A stretch of DNA of 64,000 nt from Rotaria socialis (Eukaryota). The notes below the pieces were generated by a model, which was not told the origin of the DNA, ran no database searches, and was given only the letters and a program-made list of their open reading frames with translations. A program made the translations under genes and the position numbers. Below are positions 44,929 to 57,656 of this stretch, in pieces. The DNA is taken from NCBI GenBank assembly GCA_905331295.1, contig CAJNYD010000054.1:124001-188000 (forward strand), read 5' to 3'. Within the stretch, counting starts at the first letter, position 1; each line of letters begins with the position of its first letter.

Positions 44929-46344
44929 ATGAAGTAAATAAACAAAAACGTTTTGTTAATGAAATTTCGTCTATGAATATCTATTTGCAGTATTTCATCT
45001 TTACAAAATTTCCTAACTGGATCAACACGTAAACGACCCGCGTTTATTAATACAGATAAAGAAAATTTACCATTGACTGTGTAAGTTCTGGAATATCGTT
45101 TTCAGTAATGTAAAACTAAATATTTTATCTATTACAGTGATTCAGAAATTCCAACTAAACAATCGCGTGTTGCACTTGGATCGGCATTAATTGATAATAA
45201 TTTGTTTAATTCAAGTAAATAGATTTTATTTTTATTAGATAAAAATCTATAATTTTATTTTTATTGAAGTACCCTATTCACCACCTGAAGATTTCATCAT
45301 CAAAGCAGTAGATCGTAAGTTTTAACAGTATAATTTTTATTTTGTTTTAATTGTAATTGTTTTTAGCTTGGTCACCGATTGAACCCGATCAAATTCATCT
45401 GACACCGGCTCATGATCGTCGAGCTAGTAGTAAGAAAAAATATTATTTCAGAAATACACGTTCTATCTATTACTATTTAAGATCGTTCAGAAACACGTTA
45501 TAAAAATGGTTCATTTCGCCAAGTATTGAAATGGGTTCGTTCATTAGGTCAATATGGTGATGGAAACAATGCATTTCGTGAACCAAATAGCGTTGCATGG
45601 CTTGAATGTGGAAAACTTGCTGTTGTCGATACCAATGCTCATTGTATTAAAGTATTTGATAGTGAAACGGGCCATTTTGAATATTCATTTGGTCGTGGTA
45701 GAACAATCGGTTGTCAAAATTTACTTTATCCCTACCGTATAGCCGTTGTACCTGGTGGTGATGATCAATTAGTTGTTATTCAACGTCATCCTCGACCACA
45801 AATTCATGTGTTTAGTGCAAAAGGCGAATTCATTCGTCGATTCGGCCAACATTTAGAAAAACCACGAGCACTTACTGTTGATCAATCACGTCGTATTATT
45901 GTTATTGAATCACAATTACAAAAACTACATATATTTTCATTGGAAGGAAAAATTCTTTCGTTATTTAATTTAAGTGAACAATTACAATTTCCAACATCGA
46001 TCTGTTCAAATAATCATGAAATCTTCATATCAGATAATCATCTTCATTCAATTAAAGTATTTTCATACAATGGACAACTGTTACGTGAAATAAAAGAGGC
46101 AAATTATATAACATATCCAACAAATATTAAATTAAATTCCTTAGGACAATTAATTACCATTGATAATCATCAAGGTTTAAACATCACTGTCTATGATGAC
46201 TATCAACAAAAGAAACGTTTAGGTGCTTATACAGCTCGAATTTGTCATTCACAAATTCTTGATGTTGCCATTCAACCAAAACAAAATATTCTTCATTTAG
46301 CTTCGAAAGATTATCGTGTCTATACTTATCAATTGCCATTATAA
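44929..46344 (+). CDS. Brat-type NHL beta-propeller protein with a short disordered N-terminus (no RING/B-box)
   Basis: The last exon encodes six NHL repeats resembling Drosophila Brat (FREPNSVA, DTNAHCIKVFD, LLYPYRIAVV, PRALTVD, EIFISDNHLHSIKVFSYNG, DNHQGLNIT, LASKDYRVYTY). Five small in-frame upstream exons start at ATG 44929. Confidence 0.85.
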
Positions 46345-47071
46345 TTTATATGCGAATGTTGAATATAATCAATCCAAATTCCGACGAAGTTTTCTGTCTA
46401 TTTGATTTTCGAGTTTTCATTCTTTTTCTTTTATTTGTATTCTTATCCGAAGATTTTCTATTTCTAATTTAATAATGACATACTTTTAATAAACTTTATT
46501 TCTAAATCGTAAGACCACTGTTGGGATAGAAATGATAATAATAATATTTGACGGTCGGCTAAAGTAGTCGAGATTTATTCATTTGAAGCCAGCTACGAAT
46601 AAAATTTTGATATTTAATGTATTAATCTCAAAAAGTTGACTGTTACTGGAAACTTCTGAATTTATACTAAAAGATTATTTTAAATCTACTATAATCAACT
46701 GCATATCGGGAATGAAGATGTTAATTTTCTAAACCAGAAATCGACCTTCGAGCAACCGCAGATAGTGGTTCGGTTCAATGCATCATTCAACCACTACAAA
46801 ACTCTGTTCAATGTTCAACTAAAAATAAATCTCATGTAATAGGGAAACAGTTGATTTTAAATGATCTTGAGAAATTTCAATGACGATCTTTCGCAGAATC
46901 AATTGAATTCATCTTGCTACATTTGTTATTTTTCACATGTTAGGTTGAAGCAGCTCATTTCGATCATATTCTGTTTTTATTAGAACAAAGTAGATGTTTC
47001 TCTACATTAAAAATAGCTGACAATGTTTGAATAACTCAATACTTGTTACCGTTATTGAATGAACGTGGTAA

Positions 47072-47129
47072 CAGGGTGTGGGTGTGGGTGGGTGTCAGTT
47101 TCTCTTGTTTCACCCACACCCACACCCTG
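47072..47129. repeat. 58-bp hairpin of inverted TGTGGG repeats (mini-MITE-like)
   Basis: cagggtgtgggtgtgggtg and cacccacacccacaccctg form a perfect 19-bp inverted repeat. Confidence 0.85.
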
Positions 47130-48237
47130 GGGAACAATAAGGGTCTGTGATACTATCTTTCTTTTATGTGTGAAATCGATCTGTTGAAGCTATACTGAAT
47201 TATGGGTCACACAATGAGGTTTGACGATTTCTGAGCATATCCATCCTTACAGTAAAATGAATCTAGCGTCACAACAACTCAATGAATTTCGATAAAATTT
47301 TTACCATCAATAGCCACTATGCAGGCCTTCAAAATAACATATCTCGCAGCTCATGAGGCTTTGTTGTTCTGGAGTTATGACGTTCACGATGGAAATGAAT
47401 CCCATGCATCATAACTCTCTTGTGACTCAGGATATGAAGGCGTGGGTTTTGCGCTGTCCTACATTATTCGAGATCTATATTAAATCTAGTTTTCAGAGCA
47501 ACAGCACTTGTAATGGCTGAGATCTGATGCGGAGATACTTTTGGTCAATACTGTATATAAGCATTGATAGTTCTTTAAATCATCCATATAGCGTTCAAAA
47601 TGAATTTTTAGTGCTATTTTTTCACTTTTTTCAGATATATAGAAATTATAGGAAAAATGACTCGAAAATAGGAAATTATAGGAGGACTTTACAAAATATG
47701 GGAAAAATAGGACGACTACGAAGCCTGATACACATGGGTAGGTTGTGGGTTCTCACATACTACTGATACTGAATTGAACAATCCTGATCATTGTCAGAAA
47801 TTCTTACGATGAGCAGTTAAGTAAGACAGCAGACGTGAGGAATAACATCTATCTTGGTTTTCAAAATGGTCTTCAATGATAGTGAAATGTAAGATATATT
47901 GATCCAATTTCTCTCTGGTTTACGTATCGAACATCGTCCGTCGTTAAGGATCACTTTCCCATAATCCAATCCACAGCCAAGGATGTGATTACACTAGTAA
48001 CATCTCGAATACCTTATAGCTTCTTACAAGTACTTTGTTCAATCACATAAGATCCGATCCCATGACTTTCTTGCTTAGATTAACAACTCTAATTCTAGAT
48101 AAAGTTTATTCCTCCATTGCAAAGTAGCTTTTTAATTATATAGACCTTTTAAGATGCATAGGTTTTACTTCTTTTTCGCGAAATATAAAATAATTTTCTT
48201 TTCTTCTGCTTTTAACTTTTATTCTAACAATCATTGA

Positions 48238-50512
48238 TTATAATGAAACTACTTTTGCATTAGGAAAATAGTCTTTTGAATAATAAAAAACTTCTGGTTT
48301 TCTGTATAAAACTATACAGTCTATTTTGGAGCAATTAATCCGTGTTGCATCTCTTGTAAAATTGTGCGTTACTCCTTGTAAAGACTCACAACTAATATGA
48401 AGTGTAACATTATTTAATAAACGCGTTTTAGTATTGATTAGAAATTCCTCAACATAATTTTCTTGCGTTTGAACAAGATCAAGTTCATTAGGATGAAAAC
48501 ATTCAATAATTGACCATTCTTGATTGTCATTCGTTTGTGCTTTCCGATTAAAGACAGTTAATTTTCCATGCATGGAAATGATTGAGTAATTCTCAGAAAG
48601 AAGTCATGTTCAAAAGGATATTCATCATATAATGATACTTGACGAACATATTTAAATAATCCACCAGGAAAATTATTCGTTATATTATGGTAATATGTCA
48701 ATGTATATGGATATGAATAAACATGACAATGACATTCATTTGCCTCTGGAAAATAATTCGTATCTGAAATAATTTGATTATTTTTAAAATTTCTGAATGT
48801 ATCTTGAATATCTCCATTTGATGGTATTTTAATTTGATTAGCAGGTTGAATGATTGAGCATATATCAAATGTAAATTGGTTTAGTCGCATCATATAATTC
48901 AAAATATTCTTTTCCAACTCATTACCATCAATAATTCGTCCATTATCAGAAACAAAATACAAACTAAGTTTTTCCAGATTTGACATTCTGTGTAATAGTC
49001 GAATAAGAAATTCATCGTAGCAAGTTATTTTAAATTTATGGATCAGTAAGAAGCATTTTAAATTGGACAGTTTCTTCTAGAAAATGAAAGAGCAAATAAT
49101 CAATATTGGTAAAAATATCATAAATTCATTCGAATAAAAAAAGATTTTAATACGAGTAACGTACTTCATTATTGATTTTTGTCAATCTATGAGATACATC
49201 ACAAATGGTAACATAGAATGTATGAAGTTGACTGAAACGACCATCGAGTAAATAAAGACAATCTTTGAATGAGTCTACTAGGATATGTAATTCTTATAGA
49301 GTTGAAGAAAAAACGCTTGGAGGTGAAAAGCCAAATGATAACTGGTGATAAGCAGAAGAAGATGGACCAAAATTAAAATATTTTAAATTACGAAACATAG
49401 TAAAGACTTGAGTATATATAAATCTATTAGTATCTAGGATTGAGTATCGATCTTGACATTTATTTATGTCAATAGTAAGTGATGAAATTTGATTTTTGAA
49501 CGTACGAATGAAAAAGCTTTCATCTAAATAAACATTGAAAATTGCTGTTAACCGCCACTCCAAAGTAATAGGCATCCTCTTATATCGCGTTTTCACACGT
49601 TTTTTTATTTTTATTTGAATGATCATCTAATGAGGTCAACCTTTGGCCAATTATTAATTGGGAATCTTTTAAAACTGATAACTTAAATTAATGTTTTTCG
49701 AATATTTTTCATAGAAAAACTACCATTTCGATATAAATATTTAGTTCGATTAGTAGAATATGGATCGATTTCTGAGAAGAACGGCAATATCTGACTAATG
49801 ATGAAGTCACATTTTCGAGTAATTAACTATTTGTAATAAATTAATGGTGCCTGACTGTTTAATAGGGCCGATTCTCATCTTGGGAGGCAAGAAATGTTGG
49901 ATTATTTATTAAATTTTGTTTTATTCATTAATCATTTTCTTATATGTTATATATGATCTTCTTTAACATTTATTTTTTATTATGGTTTCTGTTTTAAGAA
50001 TTAACATTTAAGAATTTTATCTCGAGACAATTGAAAATGTATCTAACTATCTTATTAGAAAAAAATATCCGTAGTCACCAAATTCTGATTAAAAAGTATA
50101 TATTCGAATAAATTAGAGAAATACATATCTTACCAGTAAAAAGATCTTTCGCTATTTCTGTTGCAATATCATATAAACCAATTCCATATAAATTAGGATA
50201 ATTTGTTAAGAGTAGAATACGTTTCATAGATGATGATTCAAGATTGAGAAATTCGATTTTATCGTGAATTTTAGGTAAGATTTCAAGACAAAATCGATCA
50301 AGTATTGTCCTAGTAAATTCATATAATAAGCCATTCGAGGAAAATGTCCTTAATGTTAAATATTTTGTAAAATTCGAATCGTTTACAATTGTAGTTAGTC
50401 GTTTATTAACATTTATTAAAGAATAGAGTACTTCAGCATTCTGCAAATTTTTCAGAAGAATTAGAAGAATTTCGTCAGGTAAATCATTCAATTGAATAAA
50501 TGAACGTTCCAT
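48238..50512 (-). pseudogene. F-box domain gene (bdelloid-expanded family type), disabled
   Basis: N-terminal F-box LNDLPDEILLILLKNL and three exons. There is an in-frame TAA at 49296-49294 within SSTL*ELHI, and a frameshift at ~48560 (FPCMEN* versus KLTVFN in the next frame). Confidence 0.85.
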
Positions 50513-50720
50513 CTTTTATTTTCACCTATATCTATTTTGTTTAGCTTATAAATATAGACATACTCATATCTTCTGTTTGATCGATGTGGTCAATAGAAAC
50601 AATGATACATTGTTCAATAATTCAAATTGACGATGAATGATTGAATAACTGATGAGACGATATGTTGCTCTCTCTCTCTTTTTATTCAAGATGCGGTTTA
50701 CTATGTGGATGAACAGTCAG

Positions 50721-50777
50721 AGGGTGTGGGGTGTGTGCCTGGGCATGATCTAAGAGGAAATCGACACCCACACCCTA
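50721..50777. repeat. Second, diverged TGTGGG/CCCACA hairpin related to 47072-47129, in opposite orientation
   Basis: agggtgtggggtgt...acacccacaccct. Its reverse-complement loop (gggtgtcgatttcctctt) resembles the first copy's loop (gggtgtcagtttctctt). Confidence 0.7.
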
Positions 50778-52052
50778 ACTCTTTGAACTTTATTACTGCT
50801 ATTTAATCTCGATGCGTTCCCAAAAAATTAGTTTTCACCATTTTGATCAAGCTATGACAAATTTTTTAGATCCCTAACCTGAATATTTCAACAGTATCGC
50901 GCGGATCCAATCTGATAGAGTTTTAATATTGATATAATATTTAAAGGATTAGATTAGAAATAACTTTTTCAGTACAAACATGAAATAGTAATCATTTTTT
51001 GGAATTTATTCGTGCTAATATTGGTGAGTAATATTATTTTCAACGGCGGAATTCACCAGCCACTCGTTCATCATAAAATTTAAGCAGAGTTTTGAATTTC
51101 TGATTAAACTAAAAGTAAGAAAGATTTATTCAGAATTCAAATATCGAAGTCTCATGAGTAGAAATATTTTCAATGATCAAATTTAACTTCATGTAGTATT
51201 TCATTCAATCATGTTGCTGTCATGAATTGTAACTCTTAATTAAAGAATAAAATTTTTGTCTGAAAAATTCAAATTGACGATTTCTTTCTTCATGAAAATC
51301 AGAATCGTGTCATAAATCATGAAGTTCTAAGAATGAAATGAATTTGAACTCTAAACTACATAATAATACAAACTGATCGACGACTGAAACATGCCGAGAT
51401 AATAAAATGGCATATGTTATGTCATGATATTCGGGTACGGGAATAAAAACAAGACATCGAACTTGCAATAGCTTCTGTCTGATGAGGAACAATCATATCA
51501 AAGCACAATTTTTAAATTGTGAAAATTTAAAAATGACCGCTTTTCATCGATTATAGTCTCATTATCTTGTAAAAAGTAATCATTTTGGTTAGTGAAATTA
51601 AACTTCACATTTGATATCATGAAATTCTTGCAGAAATAAACTTTATCTCTAAGTTAAAAATGTCGTGGGTGCCGTTGAAGGATATCAATTGACCCACACA
51701 TACAGCAAAATTTCAAGCTCGAGTTTATAAAATAAAGCTCTTGAAACTGTACTGAATTTGAACGCATTGTTAGAAATTAAGATTATTCATTCGAATATGT
51801 AAAACAAGATATTTTCTCAATTCAGCTATCAATATTGCACAATTTAGTTTTGAAGTAAACTGCTTCTTTCTCGATCAAATCACACACCGATCTGTTGAAA
51901 ATTGTAACAGACGGAGATAGCTGATCTATTCGAGATACACGTACAAAAGTATTTTAACTTACGAATTACGATTTCACTGCTTATTTTATCAATAAAGTAT
52001 TTCTTTCGAAACCAACTACACTCAAAGAACTCATACCTAATTAGTCCTGAAG

Positions 52053-52384
52053 CAGGGCGGCGGAGCGTCATTAAGTTGGGTGAGGCTCATCATATTTTTT
52101 TGCTACCGTGGAATTTTATGAAACATCAAGTAGTAGATAAGTCTTCTTTTTATTGAACTTCAGTAAAAATAAAAAAGGTCAGCATAAGAAAGAAGATTGG
52201 AAAATACCGAAAACTACTTTTCTTTGCTCCTACTCTGATGCAAGAACAAAAAAAAAGCAATATTCAGTACAAAAGCAAGTGAGGCTGAGTCTCATATCGC
52301 GAAATCTAGGTGAGGTTGAGCCTCATCTGCTGAAAACTAGGTGAGGCTCAAGCCTCACCTGTCTCAGTGGCTTCGCCGCCACTG
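52053..52384. mobile_element. hAT-like MITE
   Basis: Termini CAGGGCGGCGGAGC and (reverse complement) CAGTGGCGGCGAAGC, with repeated subterminal GTGAGGCT/AGCCTCA motifs. No TSD is recognisable. Confidence 0.65.
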
Positions 52385-53646
52385 AACACCAAGTTTTGGT
52401 CCGAACTCTAATAAATGTTTAGCAAAACTTGTTGCTATTTTATAATTTAAATGCTTGATTAAGTGCAGATTTTAATGTCATTATTTTATGTTTTGGTTGT
52501 AATTGTAAATGAGTCAAATAAGCAGTTTCAAGATCAAATTTTGTTTTTATCTTCTATTTGCGATCATTCAAGTTCAATGATTGAACTAACTAATGTTACA
52601 AAGAACGAACATGTTAATAACAAAAAAAGAAAATGTCTTTAACCACTGCCTGTTGCTTGATTTCCTTGATTACGACGATTATTTTCTAAAATAAACAAGG
52701 TGAGAGTCCGTGAGGATAACTGAAAATGGGTTTACCGGCATTTAATTTATCTAATTCAAGTTCCATAAAATATTTTTGTGCAACACTTTGTCCTAATTCA
52801 ATTGTTTGTTCATTGCTTATTTGATCAGACCTATATAACTGCGTTAATAAATTTATTCGCGTTGTTAATCGATCAATTTCATGTTGACCAGCATCAATCT
52901 AAATATAAATATAGATGAATATATTAAGTCATACAATTATGAAAAATTATCAACATGCATAACACTTTTTTTCTTTTTTTAGCTATACGTGCAAAATGAG
53001 CACACTAAATTATTTTAGTCTTTTCTAGATTATGAGTTTCTAAAGCATTTCTAGACAAGTATAAAATAATAAAATCTTTTAATGCTCAGAAATATAATGT
53101 ATTCATTGATTTTCACTACATTATATAGGATATTCTGAATTTGAATTAGCGTATTAGCTGCTATTTATGTCAGAATATAGAATTAAAACAAAATAAAATT
53201 TGATTCATTTCTCTAGTGTGTTTGATGCCTTACCAAATCAATAGCCATTTGTTTCGTAGAAAAAAAAACAATGCAATGAATATAGAAATAGTTGTGCATC
53301 CTAAATCTTCTATACATTTTCATTGTCTCTCACAAACCAATCAACTTCTCTCTCTTTCTCTATGTTAATTGATGAAATAGATGAAAGAAAGAGCATGAAA
53401 AAAACAACAACGTCGCCACGGACGAGCTTTGTTCAAGATACCACTTGTGCTCTAAATCTGAAACAGACTAGAGGTGTGAATAAAGTTTACTTTATATATA
53501 TATATCAGTGTTGTCTTGCCATTGTTTTTCCATTTGGATAAGTTTCGATTCGTTTCTAGGTTTACTATGAATATTAATGAACCATATTCTATATCACAGT
53601 TTCATCGAATTCATCGTTTACATTTCCTAATCGTGTGAATTTTCGA

Positions 53647-56482
53647 ATGCACACAATTCATAAAACGAATTTAAAACGAATGCGGGAGATTTTGTTGACA
53701 GAGAACGATGAAATTAATGATGATATTGTCGATAGCAAAAATTCTGATTTAGCTGATGACTATTATATTGGTGCTGTTGAATCATATGACAACCTCCACC
53801 AGTGAACATATATCAGAACAGTTCAGGCCACTCTAGATGCTTTTAAACATTCTTTTACAAACAAGATTCTTGATGAAACTATTTTTCATACCAATCGTTA
53901 TATGCTGAAAGATATCTTGATTAATAGCAAAGTTCTTTACGAGATTTGAATGCAAAAAAAAATTGAATCCGTATAAATGGATACCATTAGGGGTGAGTTA
54001 GCTTCCGTCTCACCTTTTAAGAACACCGATAAATGTGACCGGATGTTGGGAAAGGAGTTTCATTCGTAAAAATGTATGACAGTAGTTCGTAAACACCTAT
54101 GTACTGGAGATCGTAATAGACAGTAGGAAGATCGTAATGTGTTTACTGGGTGTTCGGAATAGAGTATTTTTGCTATATTTAATGTAACACCTGAAGATCG
54201 TAATGAACACGGTCGGTTGTTCAGCAGGTAATTCTAAGGGTACTTTAACATGGAGTTCGTAAAAGAATTTATAAGAATATTGTAATTGAAATACAAGACT
54301 TTCTGTTCCTATAGGCAATAATGTAATAGGCTGCATTTTTTTGATTACACCCATGATTATATAAGTAGGAGATCATTCTTTCTCTACCTATATTCTTTAT
54401 GCTAGAATGGCATAAGAAGTTATTTGTAATTTTTGTCTTGTAATTTGTCCATGATACCAAGAGATGACAGTGGTCCCAGTAGAAATGAAATAGTATATAA
54501 TGTAAAAAAACGTCTCCAAGTTCAAATGTGATTGGCTACACAAATAATTGAGTAGTAACGATAAATCAGGTTGAATCTTCATAAAGAAGTGAAAATTATA
54601 CATTTGAAAATTATTCTATAATGAGGAAGATGGTTTGTTTTCCTTCTATTTCTTTTTTCTAGAGAAGAATTCTCATGAATAGAATGATAATATACGATTA
54701 ACACTAGAGTGACGAATAAACATGTATTTCTTTCTTTCAATAAAACTGGTATTTGAAATAAAGAATGCATTGAAGGAATGTCGAGAATAATAACTAAAAC
54801 TAGAGTTATAATAGTAAACAGTAATGCAATCGTAATTGTTTGAATTCATGGGAGCATTCGCTAAACATGATTCAAGGTTGCAAGACTATCGTATCACTTC
54901 ATATTCTCTCACAGGTGAACTAACCTAAACATACTTACGAAAATTGTGTCGTGTTTTTAGTACGGCCTTTCTGTCTTTGTCATTACAAACATTCGGAGAT
55001 TCTGATTACGATCTCCAGCCAAATTTTGAAGTTCGTAAACAGTAAAATTTGACTGAAGTTGGGAATCAATTCTGGCAATAGCTTTTTCAATGGTTATATC
55101 CTATGAAAAAGCTATTGTCAGAATCGATTCCGAACACCCTGTATTTTTGTTCATGTCAGGAGATCGTAAACAAATTATTTTACCGGAGTTCGTAAAAAAG
55201 AAGTGAGACGGAAGTTAATTTCCCCACCGTTAGATCGTATTGAATTAGACTCCTTTATAGGTCTACTTATTCAATCTGGTGTGAATCGTAACAATCATGA
55301 ATTACTTAGTGAACTATGGGACATTAGTCAAAGTCATCCAATATATCGAGCTACAATGTTCCTTCAATGTTTTAAACATCTTCTGCAATTTATTCGATTC
55401 TATGATCGACAACATCGTGATAAATCTGATTGTCTTGTTCGTATTAGATCAATTTTTGAAAGTTTGGCCAAATAACTTTCTCGGCATTTTGTACCCGCAA
55501 AATTTAACTGTTGACGAACAATTAGTGCCCTTTCGTGGTCGCTGTTGTTTCGTGCAGTATATGTTGAGAAAACCGGCCAAGTATGGGTTAATGTTTTTGA
55601 TGCTGTGTGATGCTGATAGTCGATATGTTTTATCACTCGATCTATATACTGGAAAAAAGAACAACGTAATTCAGAAGAATCTTGCTACTGATGTGGCTCT
55701 TCATTTAGCTGATCGATGGCCGAATAATATTAAACAAGGCCGTATCATTACATTTTATCAGTACTTCACGGATATGCAGTTGAGTGAAGCAATGCTGAAT
55801 CGAAAAATTACGTTCATTGGAGTTGTCGAACACAGACGCTGATTTTTACCCAATAAACTTAAATCATGTCGAAAACAATTGTTTTCATCGTAGTTTTATT
55901 TTTCTGGTCCATACATGCTCCTATCTTATCAAGCAAAAGAAAATAAAATACCAATTATTCTATTACTTTCATTACATAAAGTTTCCGAAACATTTGGTGG
56001 TGAGAATAAATTGCCATGTGCAGTCCATGATTACAATCAAACAAAATGTCGTGTAGTTGCTACTGATCAATGTATTGGATCATGCACAGTTCGACGAATC
56101 AATCGACGATGGCCTATGACGGTTTTTTATAATTTGATTGATATTGCTGCAATAAATGCTTTGACAATTTGATTGTTAAAATTTTGCATCAAGTACAGAA
56201 AGAACACATGCTCGACGTATTATGCTCCTTACAGAATTGAGTAAGGCATTGGCATGCTCGCAAAATCAACTTTTCAGCGAAGAATCTTGTCTCAAACCAA
56301 AAGTAAAGCTTGATTTACTATCTCTAAGTTTTCACATTCCTTCGAGAAGTATGCAGCATCTTGATGTCAACACTAATTTAGATCCGGCAAAATCTGGACG
56401 AAAATTTCGACAAAACGTCTGTATTTTTCATTCTAGCAAAGTGATATTAGTAACATGTCAGAATTGTCAAGAAAACAACTGA
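53647..56482 (+). pseudogene. Degenerate piggyBac transposase (PGBD4-like), interrupted by an insertion
   Basis: Acidic N-terminus, LDAFKHSFTNKILDETIFHTNRY, KWIPL/DRIELDSFIGLL, LTVDEQLVPFRGRCCFVQYMLRKPAKYGL, HDYNQTKCRVVATDQ, RRWPMTVFYNLIDIAAINA and a Cys/His-rich tail. Multiple stops and frameshifts. Confidence 0.9.
53991..55225. mobile_element. Non-autonomous TIR element (Merlin-like: GG termini, 8-bp TSD) inserted in the piggyBac ORF
   Basis: 23-bp TIRs GGGTGAGTTAGCTTCCGTCTCAC / GGGGAAATTAACTTCCGTCTCAC (19/23). The TSD is accattag (53983-53990) / accgttag (55226-55233). G(G/A)AG(A/T)TCGTAA motifs repeat near both ends. Confidence 0.85.
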
Positions 56483-56898
56483 GAAGTAGCTGCATTATTG
56501 AGACAAATACAATAAAGCTGAAACAAAAACTAGCTCATCGTTTTAACAATGAAAAAATATTTTTTTTAACTCCTGAAAAAAGAAAAAGATGAAAATATAA
56601 AGAACAAGAAAGCGCACACTAAATCTTTTCTTATCTAAAGATAGTTTTATGTGATAATCCAGACTGAATAGTGAAATCTATTATCTGTTTGGTTTCACAA
56701 GCAGTTTCAGTCAATAATTTTCCGATACTGTATGTACTCATATTATTTCGTGTAAAGCTGAATGTTAGTCGATACAACAGGGGTGTGTAGAGGCCTTTAG
56801 TGTATAATTGAACAACTTAGAGAAAGAAAACTATTAGCTTTACACGGTTTTCTATGGGTGGGACCGAGCGGACCCCACAGTATCTACTAAGTTTCAAC

Positions 56899-57656
56899 TA
56901 GGGGTGCACCAAATCCATTTTCTCTGCATAAAGATGCTACTTTTCCGTCATGAAAGCACCCAAAACCAACTAAATCTTTGTGTCAGTTATAAGCAGGTTC
57001 GTCCGCTCTAAACCCCCTCTCCCACAATAAAAGACCCCGGGTCTTCTATTATGTTGCAGCGTAAAAATTTTCCAGAGGGGGGGGGTCTTGTATTAAGGAT
57101 CGCATTTTTTCCTAATATTTAATTTAAAAGGTTTTCCAGAACACCAAGGCGATTTTCAGGATTTCCATCAGGATTTTCAGGATTTTAAGGGTGTCATTAT
57201 AATTGTGAACACATTCTCTTAATATTTCCAGCTTAAAATGCTAAGAATCAGGCATGTTTTGATGAAAAAACGCTAATTAAAGTTCATAATTAGCAGAAAA
57301 TTAATTAACTAAAGGGGGGCTTCTATTATGTCGGGCAAACTTTTTCTTCAGGAGGTATTCTAATATGGGGGGGTCTTCTATAGTGGGAGAGGTTTACTTG
57401 ATATTCGTAATTTCGTTACCAAAACCAATGACAAAAAATGCAATCTTTGGTAGATTTCGGTCAAAATATGGCAGTTTTCATCAAAACCGACCAAAACTTG
57501 CATTTTTGTCATTGGTTTTGGTAACGAAATTACGAATATCAAGTAGAGCAAACGAAGCTGCTTATAATTGACACAAAGATTTGGTTGGTTTTGGGTGTTT
57601 TCATAACGAAAAAGGAGCATCTTTATGCAGAGAAAAATGGTTTTGGTGCATCCCTA
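56899..57656. mobile_element. hAT-type foldback MITE (TAGGG termini, degenerate 8-bp TSD)
   Basis: Termini taggggtgcacc / ggtgcatcccta. The arms are nearly fully palindromic once the nested insert is removed. Flanks are gtttcaac / cttccaac. Confidence 0.85.
57011..57394. mobile_element. Tc1/mariner-type MITE (TA TSD) nested in the hAT MITE
   Basis: TIRs aacc(cc)tctcccacaataaaagacccc / ggggtcttctatagtgggagaggtt are flanked by TA on both sides. Removing the insert restores gctcta-cttgatattcg, the mirror of the host's other arm. Confidence 0.85.

Noticed and set aside
50800..52030. Old foldback element
   Set aside because: Only short, patchy inverted matches (e.g. tttcaacag/ctgttgaaa, ttcaacggc/gccgttgaa) are present, with no definable ends.
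52630..52660. ttaacc as the left end of the piggyBac
   Set aside because: The following sequence does not match the reverse complement of the right TIR (cccttcgtaact).
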